DNA of 64,000 bases from Gammaproteobacteria bacterium (GCA_030429005.1 JAUIDP010000005.1:9525-73524), one strand, 5' to 3'. Numbered from the stretch's first letter, positions 27,493-37,802 are shown. The notes: generated by a model from the sequence alone, not told the origin. Numbers and translations are program-made.

Positions 27493-28884
27493 TCAGGCAC
27501 GCTCAAACCAGTACAGTGTTCGACCGCTGGACGAGACCGTTTCGGAGCGGACGACGCGCGCGAGTTTTTGCAGGTAGCTTTCGAATGCACGCTGGTCGTA
27601 GTCATCGAACAGGTCTTCGCGCAGCTGCAGCAGGCGCTGCACCATCGGGTCCTGCTTCGGCACGAATTCCACGACACCGCGTGGCGCCATCGCGACCAGC
27701 CAGGCCAGCACGTCCGCCAGCGGCAGGTTCTTGGCAATAGCCAGGTGATGAATCAGTGCCAGGCCGACGACTGCGTCACCCTGCGCACGGCGCGCAAAGC
27801 CCATTCGTTCGGCCTGCCGCCAGCCCTGTTCCGGGCTCGGATTGGCCGCATCGAGATGCAGCGGCAGGAAGTTCAGACCGGCGTCGACCGCGCGCTGGTA
27901 GCCATAGTCGAGCGCGCCGTGGTCGAAATCGAAGCCGACAACGAGGTCGGCGCCGTTCTCCAGGGCCACGGCCGAATAGTCGCCGGTGTTGCAACCGACG
28001 TCGAACAGCAGCGCAGGTTTGGCCGACTGTACAAACTCCGCGACAAACTGGCGTTTCTTTTGCGCTTCGGCATCGGCATAGCTGTTGTCCGTCGCATAGT
28101 CCTGCCAGACCGTCGCGCTGCCGGACTTCGGCTCAAGCGCCGCAATCCATTTGCGCATGCTGTGGAGCATCTGCTCGAAGCCAATCTTCGGTAGCTTGCC
28201 TTTGCCCGCTCTGCTCGCCGCATGACCGGTCGTCGATGCGCGCTGCAGCCGCGCCTGCATATGGACATTCGTCAGCGCGTTCCAGGACAAGCGACTGCGC
28301 CACGGCAGCAGCCGGCTGAGATCATCGGCCGGGATGCCTTCGAGGCTACCGCGAAACCATGCATTGTGCGTGACACCGGTGTAGGCACGCAGTAGCAGCG
28401 GATTGACGAATTGTTCGCAGAACTGCCGGTGGCCAGCCCAGTACTCGCCGTCGACGTAACGGCGAAACGACAGGCTGTCGATAAACACCGGCCGCGGCCC
28501 GGCGAACTGGATGTTGTAGGCCGTCGCATCGGTCAGGGACACGCCCTTCTGCAGCGCCGCCTGCTGGATGTCGAGGTGTAACAGCGCCGCGGCCTGCAAT
28601 GCCCGAAACGGCCATTCATACGGATAGGAAATGAACGGCAGCCGCGGATGTTCGAGCACAATACTCGCGCCTGCCGCGTGCTCACCGAGCACCGCTGCAT
28701 CGACCTGGTTTTCACCAATCAGCCTGCCGTCACTTTGCAACTCTTCGACGAGCCCGCTTGCGCGGACGAATTCAAAATCGGCGATCGCCGATGGCATGAC
28801 AGTACGCAGGACCCTCTTATCGACATGAAAGATGCGTCCCCTCGGGTCCCGAAAGGAACCGGCCTCCGCAGCAACCTGCGTCAT
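27493..28884 (-). CDS. NoeA-like protein: N-terminal domain plus class I SAM methyltransferase
   Basis: SFRDPRG, SYPYEW, DATAYNIQF, RQFCEQF, DVGCNTG and LALIHHL motifs. Confidence 0.8.
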   Translation of the reverse strand: MTQVAAEAGSFRDPRGRIFHVDKRVLRTVMPSAIADFEFVRASGLVEELQSDGRLIGENQVDAAVLGEHAAGASIVLEHPRLPFISYPYEWPFRALQAAALLHLDIQQAALQKGVSLTDATAYNIQFAGPRPVFIDSLSFRRYVDGEYWAGHRQFCEQFVNPLLLRAYTGVTHNAWFRGSLEGIPADDLSRLLPWRSRLSWNALTNVHMQARLQRASTTGHAASRAGKGKLPKIGFEQMLHSMRKWIAALEPKSGSATVWQDYATDNSYADAEAQKKRQFVAEFVQSAKPALLFDVGCNTGDYSAVALENGADLVVGFDFDHGALDYGYQRAVDAGLNFLPLHLDAANPSPEQGWRQAERMGFARRAQGDAVVGLALIHHLAIAKNLPLADVLAWLVAMAPRGVVEFVPKQDPMVQRLLQLREDLFDDYDQRAFESYLQKLARVVRSETVSSSGRTLYWFERA

Positions 28885-29133
28885 CTAGGATTTGTTCTGT
28901 GCGTCAGCATCCGGCCCGTCTCGGGATTCAGCGGGAGCCGACTTGCCCGTGAAGAGTGCCTTCAGCTTGTACCAGTAGAGTCGCAAAACACCCATCGCTA
29001 CGGCAATTCCGGCCAGGATGCTTTGCAAAATAATACTGCCGGTGCCCGGGTCGAGATAGGCATGCGCCGGCGCTGCGAACGCGGTGCAGCCCAGCAAAGA
29101 CAGCGAAATTCGAATGGCGCGACGACGTAACAT
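28885..29133 (-). CDS. Small membrane protein with AYLDPGTGS motif
   Basis: RBS GGAGG; signal ending AHA, then YLDPGTGS, a TM helix and YWYKLK; 82 aa. Confidence 0.8.
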   Translation of the reverse strand: MLRRRAIRISLSLLGCTAFAAPAHAYLDPGTGSIILQSILAGIAVAMGVLRLYWYKLKALFTGKSAPAESRDGPDADAQNKS

Positions 29134-29317
29134 GGTATGGCCTCCGACCCATAACGTAGGGCCAAGCGATTGAAATTGGTACGATATTTTAGCGTTTAAC
29201 ATAGTGTCCGGCATGCCGTTGTGTGTGACGCGATCCACAGTTTCATGCACTGCTGCCTGCTCGGAGCAGCCGGTTTCGGCCCGCGAGGACGCATAACCCC
29301 GCACAAGCGGCCATGCA

Positions 29318-29354
29318 CTGTCAAATTGACAGCCTGCGACCCCGGGCGTTTAAT
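29318..29354 (+). promoter_or_regulatory. Sigma70-like promoter for the TonB receptor, with a dyad over the -35
   Basis: TTGACA (29326)-17 bp-TTTAAT (29349); inverted repeat CTGTCAA-A-TTGACAG at 29318-29332. Confidence 0.5.
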
Positions 29355-29386
29355 GAGACCAGATTTCAAGTTTCGGGGGGAACACC

Positions 29387-31822
29387 ATGAAGTTGCTGCA
29401 AAATAACGGCCCACTGTTCGCGTTCGCCGGCATGCTGATCGGCACAACGATTTCCACGGACGCACTCGGCCAGACCGATCGTATTCTCGAGGAAATCGTC
29501 GTCACGGCGGCGTATCGCGAGCAGGGCCTGCAGGACGTCCCTGTCTCGATCTCGATGGTCACCGGCGAAAAGATCACCGAGTCGGCATTGCAGAAAGCCG
29601 AGGACATACAGTTCCTCGTACCCAACTTCACGCTGACGGAAACCGGCATCGGCACCAATGCCTTCATTCGCGGCATCGGCTCGGGCATCAACCAGGCGTT
29701 CGAGCAGTCGGTCGGCACCTATGTCGACGGCGTCTACTTCGGGCGAGCACAGCAGTGGCGGGCCCCGTATCTCGACCTGGAACGCATCGAGGTCCTGCGC
29801 GGACCGCAGTCGATCCTGTTCGGCAAGAATTCTGTTGCCGGCGCGGTCAATATCACGACAGCCAAACCCGGCGATGAATTCGAAGCCAGTCTGTTCGCAT
29901 CGCAGGAAATGGAGTTCAACGAAACGATTGTCGAGGGCATTCTGTCCGGCCCGATCTCGGACCGTTTTCGCGCGCGGCTTGCAGCCCGCTCGCGCGACGG
30001 TGATGGCCACATGCGCAATGCCACGTTGAACAACGACGAGCCAAACCGCGAAGACTGGAATGTGCGCGCGACGCTGGAATTCGACGTCACCGAGAACCTG
30101 CTGGCAACGTTCAAGGCCGAAATGGGCGAGTTTGACGTCAGGGGCCGCAATATCGAGGTCATCAACGAACTGCCAATCGCAGCGGGACCGTTCGCCGGGC
30201 TGCAGTACAACCAGGTACTGCAGATCTTCGGCGGGGACCCCAGCACCGGCAATGTCGTCAAGGATGGGATCCGCTCATCCAACGGAGATTTCAGCAACAA
30301 CGAACTGAACAACTTTGTACTGACGCTGGACTGGGACATTGGTGAATACCAGTTCAAATCGATAACCGCCCTGTCCGAGTTTGACTATGACGAGTTCTGC
30401 GATTGCGATTACACCGGTACCAACCTGTTCGGTGCGGCGCTGCAGGAATCTTACGACCAGTTCAGCCAGGAGTTTCGGCTGGCATCGCCGGTCGGCGGAA
30501 CGATCGACTACATCGTTGGCCTGTACTACCAGACCAGCGATCATGACTATGCCGACCAGATCATCGTGACGGCCGACTCGGCACTCGTACCGATTGTCAA
30601 TGCATTGAACCCGGGCGCCGGGGACTTGCTGGCGGGCACGCAAGCAGCCAGGGCTGCGAATGTCGACGCCGATGTGTTGTCGGCCTTTGCCCAGGTCAAC
30701 TTCAATATTACCGACAAGCTGACCATCCAGGCCGGTGGCCGGGTCACGCAGGACGATCGCGATGGCGATCGTACGATGGTCATTACCGCCGACGATGGTT
30801 CATCGCTGCCGGCACCTCAGGCAGGCTCGCCGATTGTCTATGGTGGCCTGTTCGGCATTACATCCACCAACCTTTCTGCCCTGGCAGACCTCGGCGTACC
30901 CGAGGCAATCGGCCTGACCGCTGCGCTGGGCGAATTGCCGGTCAACGGTTCGCGGGACACGACGAAGTTCTCGCCCGAAGTGAAACTGATTTTTGATTCA
31001 AATGACAATGTCATGCTGTACGCGAGCTGGTCTGAGGGATTCAAGTCGGGCAGCTTCGATTTCCGGGCGAACAACCGCAACTTCTACCCGACGATGGAAG
31101 ATTCATTCGAATTCGACGATGAAGAAGCGAGCAACATCGAATTCGGCGGCAAATTCATCCTTGGCAACGGATCGGCAGAACTGAACGCCGCCCTGTACTT
31201 CACCGAGTTCGATGATTTGCAGATCTCGATCTTCGATGGCGTACTCGGGTTCAACGTCGGCAATGCTGCCTCGGCCGAGGTCCAGGGCGCCGAACTCGAC
31301 TTCCGCTGGGCCATGACTGATCGCCTGACGGTCTACGGCGGACTCGCCTACACGGACTTTGAATTCACCGACTTCAGGAACGGCCAGTGCTATTTCGGCC
31401 GTCCACCTGATGTCGACATCGACAACGACGGCACACCGGAGCTCTGCGACTACACCGGCGAGTCAAACCAGCTGGTCTCCAAGTGGCAGGGCAATGTGAC
31501 CTTCGACTACAGCCGCCCGGTCTTCAGCAGCCTGCGTTTCGGCATGGCCGTGGACTATTTCTTCACCAGCAAGTATGACGCTTCGGCAACATTCGACCCG
31601 GCGCTGGTGCAGAACGCGTACGGCTCGATGAACTACCGCCTGAGCCTCGGCTCCGACAGCGGCAGCTGGCAGCTGGCGTTTCTCGCACGCAACATCACGG
31701 ACAACAAGATCCTGAGCTTCGGTGGCGATACACCGCTGGCCAGCACGCTCGGCGCGAAGTCGAACTACGCCTTTTTCGGCCAGGGCAGGTCATACACGGT
31801 GCAGGGACTACTACGCTTCTAG
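29387..31822 (+). CDS. TonB-dependent receptor
   Basis: LEEIVVTA TonB box, DLERIEVLRGPQSILFGKN, GFKSG and terminal Phe. Confidence 0.95.
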   Translation: MKLLQNNGPLFAFAGMLIGTTISTDALGQTDRILEEIVVTAAYREQGLQDVPVSISMVTGEKITESALQKAEDIQFLVPNFTLTETGIGTNAFIRGIGSGINQAFEQSVGTYVDGVYFGRAQQWRAPYLDLERIEVLRGPQSILFGKNSVAGAVNITTAKPGDEFEASLFASQEMEFNETIVEGILSGPISDRFRARLAARSRDGDGHMRNATLNNDEPNREDWNVRATLEFDVTENLLATFKAEMGEFDVRGRNIEVINELPIAAGPFAGLQYNQVLQIFGGDPSTGNVVKDGIRSSNGDFSNNELNNFVLTLDWDIGEYQFKSITALSEFDYDEFCDCDYTGTNLFGAALQESYDQFSQEFRLASPVGGTIDYIVGLYYQTSDHDYADQIIVTADSALVPIVNALNPGAGDLLAGTQAARAANVDADVLSAFAQVNFNITDKLTIQAGGRVTQDDRDGDRTMVITADDGSSLPAPQAGSPIVYGGLFGITSTNLSALADLGVPEAIGLTAALGELPVNGSRDTTKFSPEVKLIFDSNDNVMLYASWSEGFKSGSFDFRANNRNFYPTMEDSFEFDDEEASNIEFGGKFILGNGSAELNAALYFTEFDDLQISIFDGVLGFNVGNAASAEVQGAELDFRWAMTDRLTVYGGLAYTDFEFTDFRNGQCYFGRPPDVDIDNDGTPELCDYTGESNQLVSKWQGNVTFDYSRPVFSSLRFGMAVDYFFTSKYDASATFDPALVQNAYGSMNYRLSLGSDSGSWQLAFLARNITDNKILSFGGDTPLASTLGAKSNYAFFGQGRSYTVQGLLRF

Positions 31823-32532
31823 CCGGCGTCCTTTTCGCACAGGAAGTAGACCTGGTACTGCCAGCGCAGTGGCCAGAACGGCAGCGCGAGCGCCTGTAGT
31901 GCCCTGGGAGGGACGGCCAGCCAGCCGTTCATCGAGATCCAGCGCCACGACAGGACGTGCAGGTCTTTCCAGCGGGCGGTGACGGACAGGCCAGCGGCTG
32001 CGAACAGTGCCTCCCACTCGGGCAATGGACGCACGACCTCTTTTGCGTCGACCTGGTTGGTGCCACCGAACAGGCCGAGTTTGCGGGTCAGGAAATCGGC
32101 ATTCGGCACGAGAATCAGGAATCGGGCATCGTCTTTCGCGACACGCGCCATTTCCTTCAGCGCATTGACCGGCTCGACAAAGTGCTCGAGTGATCCCAGG
32201 CAGCTCACCAGGTCGAAGGAATTGTCAGAAAATGGCAACTGCTCGGCGGGGCCGGCATGAAACTCCCCTTCCGGCATATGTTTCGCACAGTAGTCGATCG
32301 CGCGCTCCGCCAGGTCGACGCCGGCGATCCCGGCACCGGCGTCCAGGCAGGTATGCAGCCATTCGCCAAGCCCACAGGCAACATCGAGCACCCTGTCTCC
32401 CGGGGCAATACCGACTTTTTTGCGCAAACCTTCGAGATGGGCATTGCCCTGCAACGGCTTGTCCGCATTCGCATAATAGACGCCGTCATAAAACGACTTC
32501 ATTTCGGTAAGATTCGGGTCTGACTCGCTCAT
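31819..32532 (-). CDS. Class I SAM-dependent methyltransferase
   Basis: VLDVACGLG, LPFSDNSFD and SLEHF motifs. Confidence 0.9.
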   Translation of the reverse strand: MSESDPNLTEMKSFYDGVYYANADKPLQGNAHLEGLRKKVGIAPGDRVLDVACGLGEWLHTCLDAGAGIAGVDLAERAIDYCAKHMPEGEFHAGPAEQLPFSDNSFDLVSCLGSLEHFVEPVNALKEMARVAKDDARFLILVPNADFLTRKLGLFGGTNQVDAKEVVRPLPEWEALFAAAGLSVTARWKDLHVLSWRWISMNGWLAVPPRALQALALPFWPLRWQYQVYFLCEKDAG

Positions 32533-33660
32533 CTAGTGCAATACCTGCGCAATGCATGCCTCCATCTGCTGATTGTAATTGCTCCAGCAGAAGGTCCTCG
32601 CGAACCCGGCGGACGACGCCCTGAGGTCCGACCCGGCGACTGCCTCGACCGAGCGGGCAAACGCGTTGTAGTCACCGGCAACAACCAGTGCGCCATTGAC
32701 GCCATCCTTCACGGCATCGCCAACGCCACCGCAGTCAAACGCAACCGTCGGTGTGCCGTGGGCAGCAGCCTCGATCGCAACCATGCCGAACCCTTCCACA
32801 TCGCCCGGCGTTTCAAGCAGCGGAAAGACGAAGACATCTGCCGCCGCGTACAACCTGGGCAGGTCTTCCTCGGTGGCATAGCCCAGCAAGCGTACCTGGT
32901 CCTGCAGTGCATGTTGCTTGATAGCCGCATCAATGCTGTCCAACACGGACGTCTTCGGCCGGTTCAGGGCATTTGCCGGCTCGGTCCCGGCAACCAGCAG
33001 AAGCCAGTTCGGGTCGCGGGCAACGAGGGCCGGCATCGACCGGTCAATGAATTCGGCAAGGCCCTTGCGCGGCATCAACCGTCCGACGGATAGCAGGACA
33101 CGATGCGATGCATAGCCGAGTTGCTGCCTTGCTGCCTCGCGCGGCGGGATGCTGTCGGGCAGCTCGACGCCAGGGTTGATGATGGTGATGCGTTCTTCGC
33201 TTACGCCACTGGCCATCGCCAGGCGCGCGGTATTGCGGCTGTTGCACACAGCGACATCGGCCATCCTCAGAAACGGCACGAACAGCCACTGGTAGATGCG
33301 GGACTCCGCAATGATGTCGAGGCCATGCAACAGCAACATCGAACGGGCACCTGCCAGTTTTGCCAGCGGCACGACGACAATCCCCACCAGGCCGCTGCCG
33401 CCGATGACCAACTCCGGTGCACCCGTCGTCACTCGCAGCCAGATACCTTTCAGCAATGTCAGGACAAGGAACACCGGCGTCGGTGAAATGCCGGTCTCAC
33501 GAACCACCGCAGCTTCAGCCACATGAGCCTTGCACCCGCCCGGTCCGAGCAGCTGCACATCGTGATTGTCGGCAAGGCCACGATACAACTCGTAGCAAAG
33601 CCGCTCCATCCCGCCATTGAGTGGCGGGAAGTTGCGGCTGACCAGGGTGATTTTTGCCAT
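32533..33660 (-). CDS. GT4 family glycosyltransferase
   Basis: FPPLNGG, SVGRLMPRKG and EGFGMVAIEA motifs. Confidence 0.9.
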   Translation of the reverse strand: MAKITLVSRNFPPLNGGMERLCYELYRGLADNHDVQLLGPGGCKAHVAEAAVVRETGISPTPVFLVLTLLKGIWLRVTTGAPELVIGGSGLVGIVVVPLAKLAGARSMLLLHGLDIIAESRIYQWLFVPFLRMADVAVCNSRNTARLAMASGVSEERITIINPGVELPDSIPPREAARQQLGYASHRVLLSVGRLMPRKGLAEFIDRSMPALVARDPNWLLLVAGTEPANALNRPKTSVLDSIDAAIKQHALQDQVRLLGYATEEDLPRLYAAADVFVFPLLETPGDVEGFGMVAIEAAAHGTPTVAFDCGGVGDAVKDGVNGALVVAGDYNAFARSVEAVAGSDLRASSAGFARTFCWSNYNQQMEACIAQVLH

Positions 33661-33712
33661 GCGCCGGAGTCTACATGACTTGCATCCGGCATGGCGTCGC
33701 CAGCGAGTGCCG

Positions 33713-34285
33713 TTACTGGTCTACTTTGACGACTTTCTCGATTTTCTTTACAAATACCCGACCTTCGTGCGGCCCTTCATGGTCGACGAACTCCACGTCG
33801 TTGCCGTGCCCTGCCGACTCGAGAATTGAGCGAATCGACATTCGCGTTGCTTCGTCGATCGGTTCCCGGCTGACGACAACGGTACCGCCGGGCTGTGCCA
33901 CCGTGGCATTCCCGTGCTGACGGATCACTTGCAGGTTGATGTCGGCCTCGCCGCCTTCAGCCACCCAGTGAAAGTCATCGCTGTCCAGTTCCGCAAAGTC
34001 CGGCAATTCGATGGTTTCCCCGTCGACATTGAAGCTGAAACCCGACGAGTTGCGGGTAACGAGGATAGACCGCCCTTGCTCGTCGACAACCGAGCGCGTC
34101 TCGCCGACCTGCATATCGTCCAGGTCAAAGCCAAGTTCATCGCTGTTCAACGTAATCGCAACGTTGTCTCCTGCGCCATCCCCGGCAACGCCAATGATGA
34201 CGTGTTTCTTTTCTTCCGCCGCGATGCCGCCCCCGCCCAGGCCAAGCAATGCAGCAGCCAGTAATGCTTTCGTGCATGTGTTCAC
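33713..34285 (-). CDS. Hypothetical secreted protein
   Basis: GTG start with RBS GAGGGG; signal peptide; acidic, beta-rich body. Confidence 0.65.
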   Translation of the reverse strand: MNTCTKALLAAALLGLGGGGIAAEEKKHVIIGVAGDGAGDNVAITLNSDELGFDLDDMQVGETRSVVDEQGRSILVTRNSSGFSFNVDGETIELPDFAELDSDDFHWVAEGGEADINLQVIRQHGNATVAQPGGTVVVSREPIDEATRMSIRSILESAGHGNDVEFVDHEGPHEGRVFVKKIEKVVKVDQ

Positions 34286-34358
34286 GATGTGCCCCTCTTG
34301 TTGGTTGGTGTACGACATCAAAGATGCGCCTACCGCCGGAATCGTCGCAGCCGGGGCG

Positions 34359-35258
34359 TCAATCGGCCCGGCGCATGGCCAGAAGAACGATGCTGCCGGC
34401 GACGAAATGCCACAGGCTCCAGACGGCCGCGACAGCCGCCGCGCCGCCCAGGCCCTGGAACTGGGCCAGCAGGATGACAATGGCAAGCCCCGAGTTCTGG
34501 ATACCCAGCTCGAACACCAGTGCGCGTCGGGTCGGACGGTCTGTCCGCAGCAACAGGCCGGTTACTGCGCCGATCGTCAACGCTGCGGCGTTGTGCAGCG
34601 TCGTATACATGACCAGCATCGGCATTGCCGGCAACAGCAACGGCAGGAAGCTCGCGGCGCCGTAGATGATGACCGCGACCAGCGCTACGGTGCCGACGCG
34701 CGCCACCCGGCGCTGCAGCACCGCCGCAAACCCCGGATGGCGCGATGCCACCAGCATGCCAATGGCCAGTGGCACCACGAGCAGGATCGTCGTTTGCGCA
34801 AGGAACGCCAGTGGCCGGAAATCGATGCTGTCGAGGAGCATCGCTGTCGGCGCATAGGCCTGTGACGTCATGACGATCAGGAACGGCGTCAGGATGGCTG
34901 CCAGCGCACTGGAGGCGCCAGTCAGTGAAACGGAATAGGCGACATTGCCGCGTGCCAGGAACGTGAAGTAATTGGAGACGACCCCACCCGGACAACTGGC
35001 GACGACGAACATGCCCAGGGCAATCGAAGGTGGCGGACGCAACAACATGACCAGGCAGAACGTGGCCAGTGGCAATGCGACAACCTGGGCTAAGACGCCA
35101 GCGACCAGGTCGCCGCGGCGTTGTAACAGTGCCGCGAAGTTTTGCGGATGCAGGCTCAGTGCGATGCTGAACATCAGCAGCATCAACGCGATGGCCAACG
35201 CAAACTGCCCGATCGGGTCGAGGACTATGCGCAGTTCATCGAGTGTTTCGATTTCCAT
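34359..35258 (-). CDS. Bile acid:sodium symporter family protein
   Basis: SCPGGVVSN, ARGNVAYSVSLT and ELGIQNSGL motifs. Confidence 0.9.
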   Translation of the reverse strand: MEIETLDELRIVLDPIGQFALAIALMLLMFSIALSLHPQNFAALLQRRGDLVAGVLAQVVALPLATFCLVMLLRPPPSIALGMFVVASCPGGVVSNYFTFLARGNVAYSVSLTGASSALAAILTPFLIVMTSQAYAPTAMLLDSIDFRPLAFLAQTTILLVVPLAIGMLVASRHPGFAAVLQRRVARVGTVALVAVIIYGAASFLPLLLPAMPMLVMYTTLHNAAALTIGAVTGLLLRTDRPTRRALVFELGIQNSGLAIVILLAQFQGLGGAAAVAAVWSLWHFVAGSIVLLAMRRAD

Positions 35259-35323
35259 GAACGACGCATCGTATCAGGAGGGAGTCGAAAAGAACTCCCT
35301 CCTGATACCGATTGCGACATTAT

Positions 35324-35671
35324 TCAGGCTCCGTTGCCGGCTTGGTCGATCGTGAATTGCATCGGCACGTTGTTGCCATTGACAACGCATGAGGTCGCGT
35401 ACTGGCGAATGGCGGCTTCGCTGCGCTCGTTGTACAGCGATGTTTCGATCGTCAGCTTGTAACCCACCGTGCGTTCTTTCACGCCGACAACTGCGTGACG
35501 GACACGAGTTGCATCGGCGTAGTTTGCGTTGTCCGCAACCGCTGCAACGCAAGAGCGAATCTCCGCATCAATCTCTGTCCATTCCTGTTTCGCAGCAGAG
35601 GCCTGTCCGGCCAGAGCCAGGCCGGCAAACGCTGCCAGCACGCCTGAAATAACTCGTTTGTGTGTCTTCAT
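35324..35671 (-). CDS. Small secreted hypothetical protein
   Basis: Signal peptide (ASA), two Cys; RBS GGGAG before ATG 35671. Confidence 0.7.
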   Translation of the reverse strand: MKTHKRVISGVLAAFAGLALAGQASAAKQEWTEIDAEIRSCVAAVADNANYADATRVRHAVVGVKERTVGYKLTIETSLYNERSEAAIRQYATSCVVNGNNVPMQFTIDQAGNGA

Positions 35672-35698
35672 AGTCTTGCTCCCAGTATTTACAAATAT

Positions 35699-35714
35699 CA
35701 GAATGTTCATTCTG
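35699..35714. promoter_or_regulatory. Candidate TetR operator CAGAAT-N4-ATTCTG (copy 2)
   Basis: Same dyad as at 36328-36343. Confidence 0.7.
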
Positions 35715-35736
35715 TTTTAGTCAAAAAAAAGGATTT

Positions 35737-36321
35737 TCAGCCTGCAAGTGATGCCAGGGTGCTATCGACAACCCGGTTCAATGTTGCTTCATCAAATCCA
35801 CTCCGCCCCATTACCGCGAGGCCAAACATCGTGCTCGTCAAAAGATCTCCTGCGACCCGGGTGTCGACATCGTCGCGGACTTCACCGCGTTCCTTTGCTG
35901 ACTCCAGGCCGACGGCGAACGCCTTTGACATCCGCCCCATGAATTTCTGCAGTACTTCGCGAATCTCGTCGTCCTGGGGCGCCAGTTCCATCGCTGTATG
36001 CACGAACAGGCAGCCCTTGTTCTCCTCGATGCAGCACATGTCCTGCACGCGTTCCGCGAAAATAGTGCGGATATGTTGCAGCGACGCATCCGGTTCCAGC
36101 AGGCGCAGGAAGGACTTCTTGCCCATGCCCTCGGCGAAACGCTCCAGCGCCTGCTCGAACAGCTCGCGCTTGTTGCCAAAAGCACTGTACAGCCCGTAGC
36201 GGCTGACCCCGGTCGCCTGGACAATGTCTTCCATCGACGTTTCCGAGTAGCCTTTCGAGGCGAACAGGTCCACGACGCTGCTCAGCGCGCTGGAGGGATC
36301 GAATTTGCGTGTCCTGACCAT
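35737..36321 (-). CDS. TetR/AcrR family regulator
   Basis: KGYSETSMEDIVQATGVSRYGLYSAFGNKRELF HTH; KGCLFV. Confidence 0.9.
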   Translation of the reverse strand: MVRTRKFDPSSALSSVVDLFASKGYSETSMEDIVQATGVSRYGLYSAFGNKRELFEQALERFAEGMGKKSFLRLLEPDASLQHIRTIFAERVQDMCCIEENKGCLFVHTAMELAPQDDEIREVLQKFMGRMSKAFAVGLESAKERGEVRDDVDTRVAGDLLTSTMFGLAVMGRSGFDEATLNRVVDSTLASLAG

Positions 36322-36322
36322 G

Positions 36323-36357
36323 CAAAACAGAATACTCATTCTGTTTTGGCCTGTCAA
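36323..36357 (-). promoter_or_regulatory. TetR promoter and operator (copy 1)
   Basis: CAAAACAGAAT-ACTC-ATTCTGTTTTG at 36323-36348, overlapping TTGACA-17 bp-TATTCT on the minus strand. Confidence 0.75.
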
Positions 36358-36450
36358 CCCCCTGGCAAGACGATTTTCCCTTGGACACCGGCGGTCGCAT
36401 TACACTAAGCTGCGCCGCTGACTCGCCGACTCCGACCTGACTTCGCGCTT

Positions 36451-37356
36451 ATGACCGAGATACGCAGCAATCAACTGGAAACCGCCATCGCCAACGGCGA
36501 TTTCATCATTACGGCAGAGGTCACTCCTGGCCTGGCTACAACGGCAGAACAATTGTTGCAACGGGCTGCACCGCTCAAGGGCAAAGCGACGGCGGTCAAC
36601 ATCACCGATGGCGCGGGTGCACAGGTTGCCATGTCGAGCCTGGCCGCATCGGCGATCCTGCAACAAAACGGTATCGAACCGGTCCTGCAGATGACCTGCC
36701 GTGACCGCAACCGCATTGCCCTCGCCGCGGATCTGCTCGGCGCGTCCGCGCTCGGGATTCGCAATATCCTGACGCTGACCGGTGACGATCCCGGCGTCGG
36801 CGACGAGCCCGATGCGAAGGGCGTCTTCGACTACTTTGCCGCAGACCTGTTGCAGTTGGCGCGGCATATGGCCGATACCGGGACGACCCGCTCCGGCCGC
36901 GAACTCGAGGCCAGGCCCCGGTTTCTCGTCGGTGGCGTCGATGCACCGTTCGATCCGCCTGTCGACTGGGTGCCGACAAAACTGCTGGAGCGCGCCGCGG
37001 ACGGGATGCGTTTCATACAAACCCAGTTTTGCTACGACCCGGACGTGACGGAGCGTTACGTCGCACGCCTCGCCGAGTCCGGCCTGCTGGACAACGTCGC
37101 ATTGCTGCTTGGTATCGGGCCGATTGCTTCTTTGCGCTCAGCCAAATGGATGAACGACAACCTGTTCGGCGTGTCGGTGCCGGCAGCGGTGCTGCGTCGA
37201 CTCGAAGCAGCCGACGACGAAGCGGCGGAAGGCCACCGAATTTGTGTCGAACTCATCGAACGCTACCGTGCACTGGACGGGGTTGCCGGTGTGCATATCA
37301 TGGCGCCAGCACAGAAGTCGCAGCGCATCGTCGATGTCATCGACGCACTGGCCTGA
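36451..37356 (+). CDS. Methylenetetrahydrofolate reductase family protein
   Basis: NITDG, QMTCRDRNRIAL, LTGD, FIQTQF and GVHIM motifs. Confidence 0.9.
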   Translation: MTEIRSNQLETAIANGDFIITAEVTPGLATTAEQLLQRAAPLKGKATAVNITDGAGAQVAMSSLAASAILQQNGIEPVLQMTCRDRNRIALAADLLGASALGIRNILTLTGDDPGVGDEPDAKGVFDYFAADLLQLARHMADTGTTRSGRELEARPRFLVGGVDAPFDPPVDWVPTKLLERAADGMRFIQTQFCYDPDVTERYVARLAESGLLDNVALLLGIGPIASLRSAKWMNDNLFGVSVPAAVLRRLEAADDEAAEGHRICVELIERYRALDGVAGVHIMAPAQKSQRIVDVIDALA

Positions 37357-37358
37357 AG

Positions 37359-37802
37359 TCACTCTGTTGCGACGAGCTCTGCCAGGACATCGCCTTCGGC
37401 GCTAACCAGCCGCAATGACTGGTCGCCGAGCTCGAAGCCGGTGGTTGCCTGCAGTGCCTGCAGGAATGCGGTTTCCAGGTCCATGATCTCCGGCGGGCAC
37501 GCCATGCGCGTCGAGCCGATTTCGCCCATCGAAATACCGTCGTCCGTCGTTTCGAGATTGCCAAAAAACTTGTTGCAGCCGCCATTGCCATTGAAGCTGC
37601 CATCGACCGCAAAATGCACGAACATCGCGTGCGCTTCCGGCAACCGACTATCGGCAATCACCAGTGGTCGCCAGTTCTTGCCGGCGATTTCGGCGCCGCC
37701 GGCGGGCAGGTTTTGCCGTGCCAGCTCCTGGCCTTGCAGCACCACCAGCGCCATGCCAGCGAGGAACAACAGGAAAAAACCGAATCCTATGGTCGCTTTC
37801 AT
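37359..37802 (-). CDS. META domain (HslJ-like) protein
   Basis: GNGGCNKFFG and STRMACP motifs. Confidence 0.9.
   Translation of the reverse strand: MKATIGFGFFLLFLAGMALVVLQGQELARQNLPAGGAEIAGKNWRPLVIADSRLPEAHAMFVHFAVDGSFNGNGGCNKFFGNLETTDDGISMGEIGSTRMACPPEIMDLETAFLQALQATTGFELGDQSLRLVSAEGDVLAELVATE

Noticed and set aside
36360..36450. Possible SAM/SAH riboswitch before the MTHFR gene
   Set aside because: The leader is short and no consensus was recognisable; an Rfam scan would settle it.
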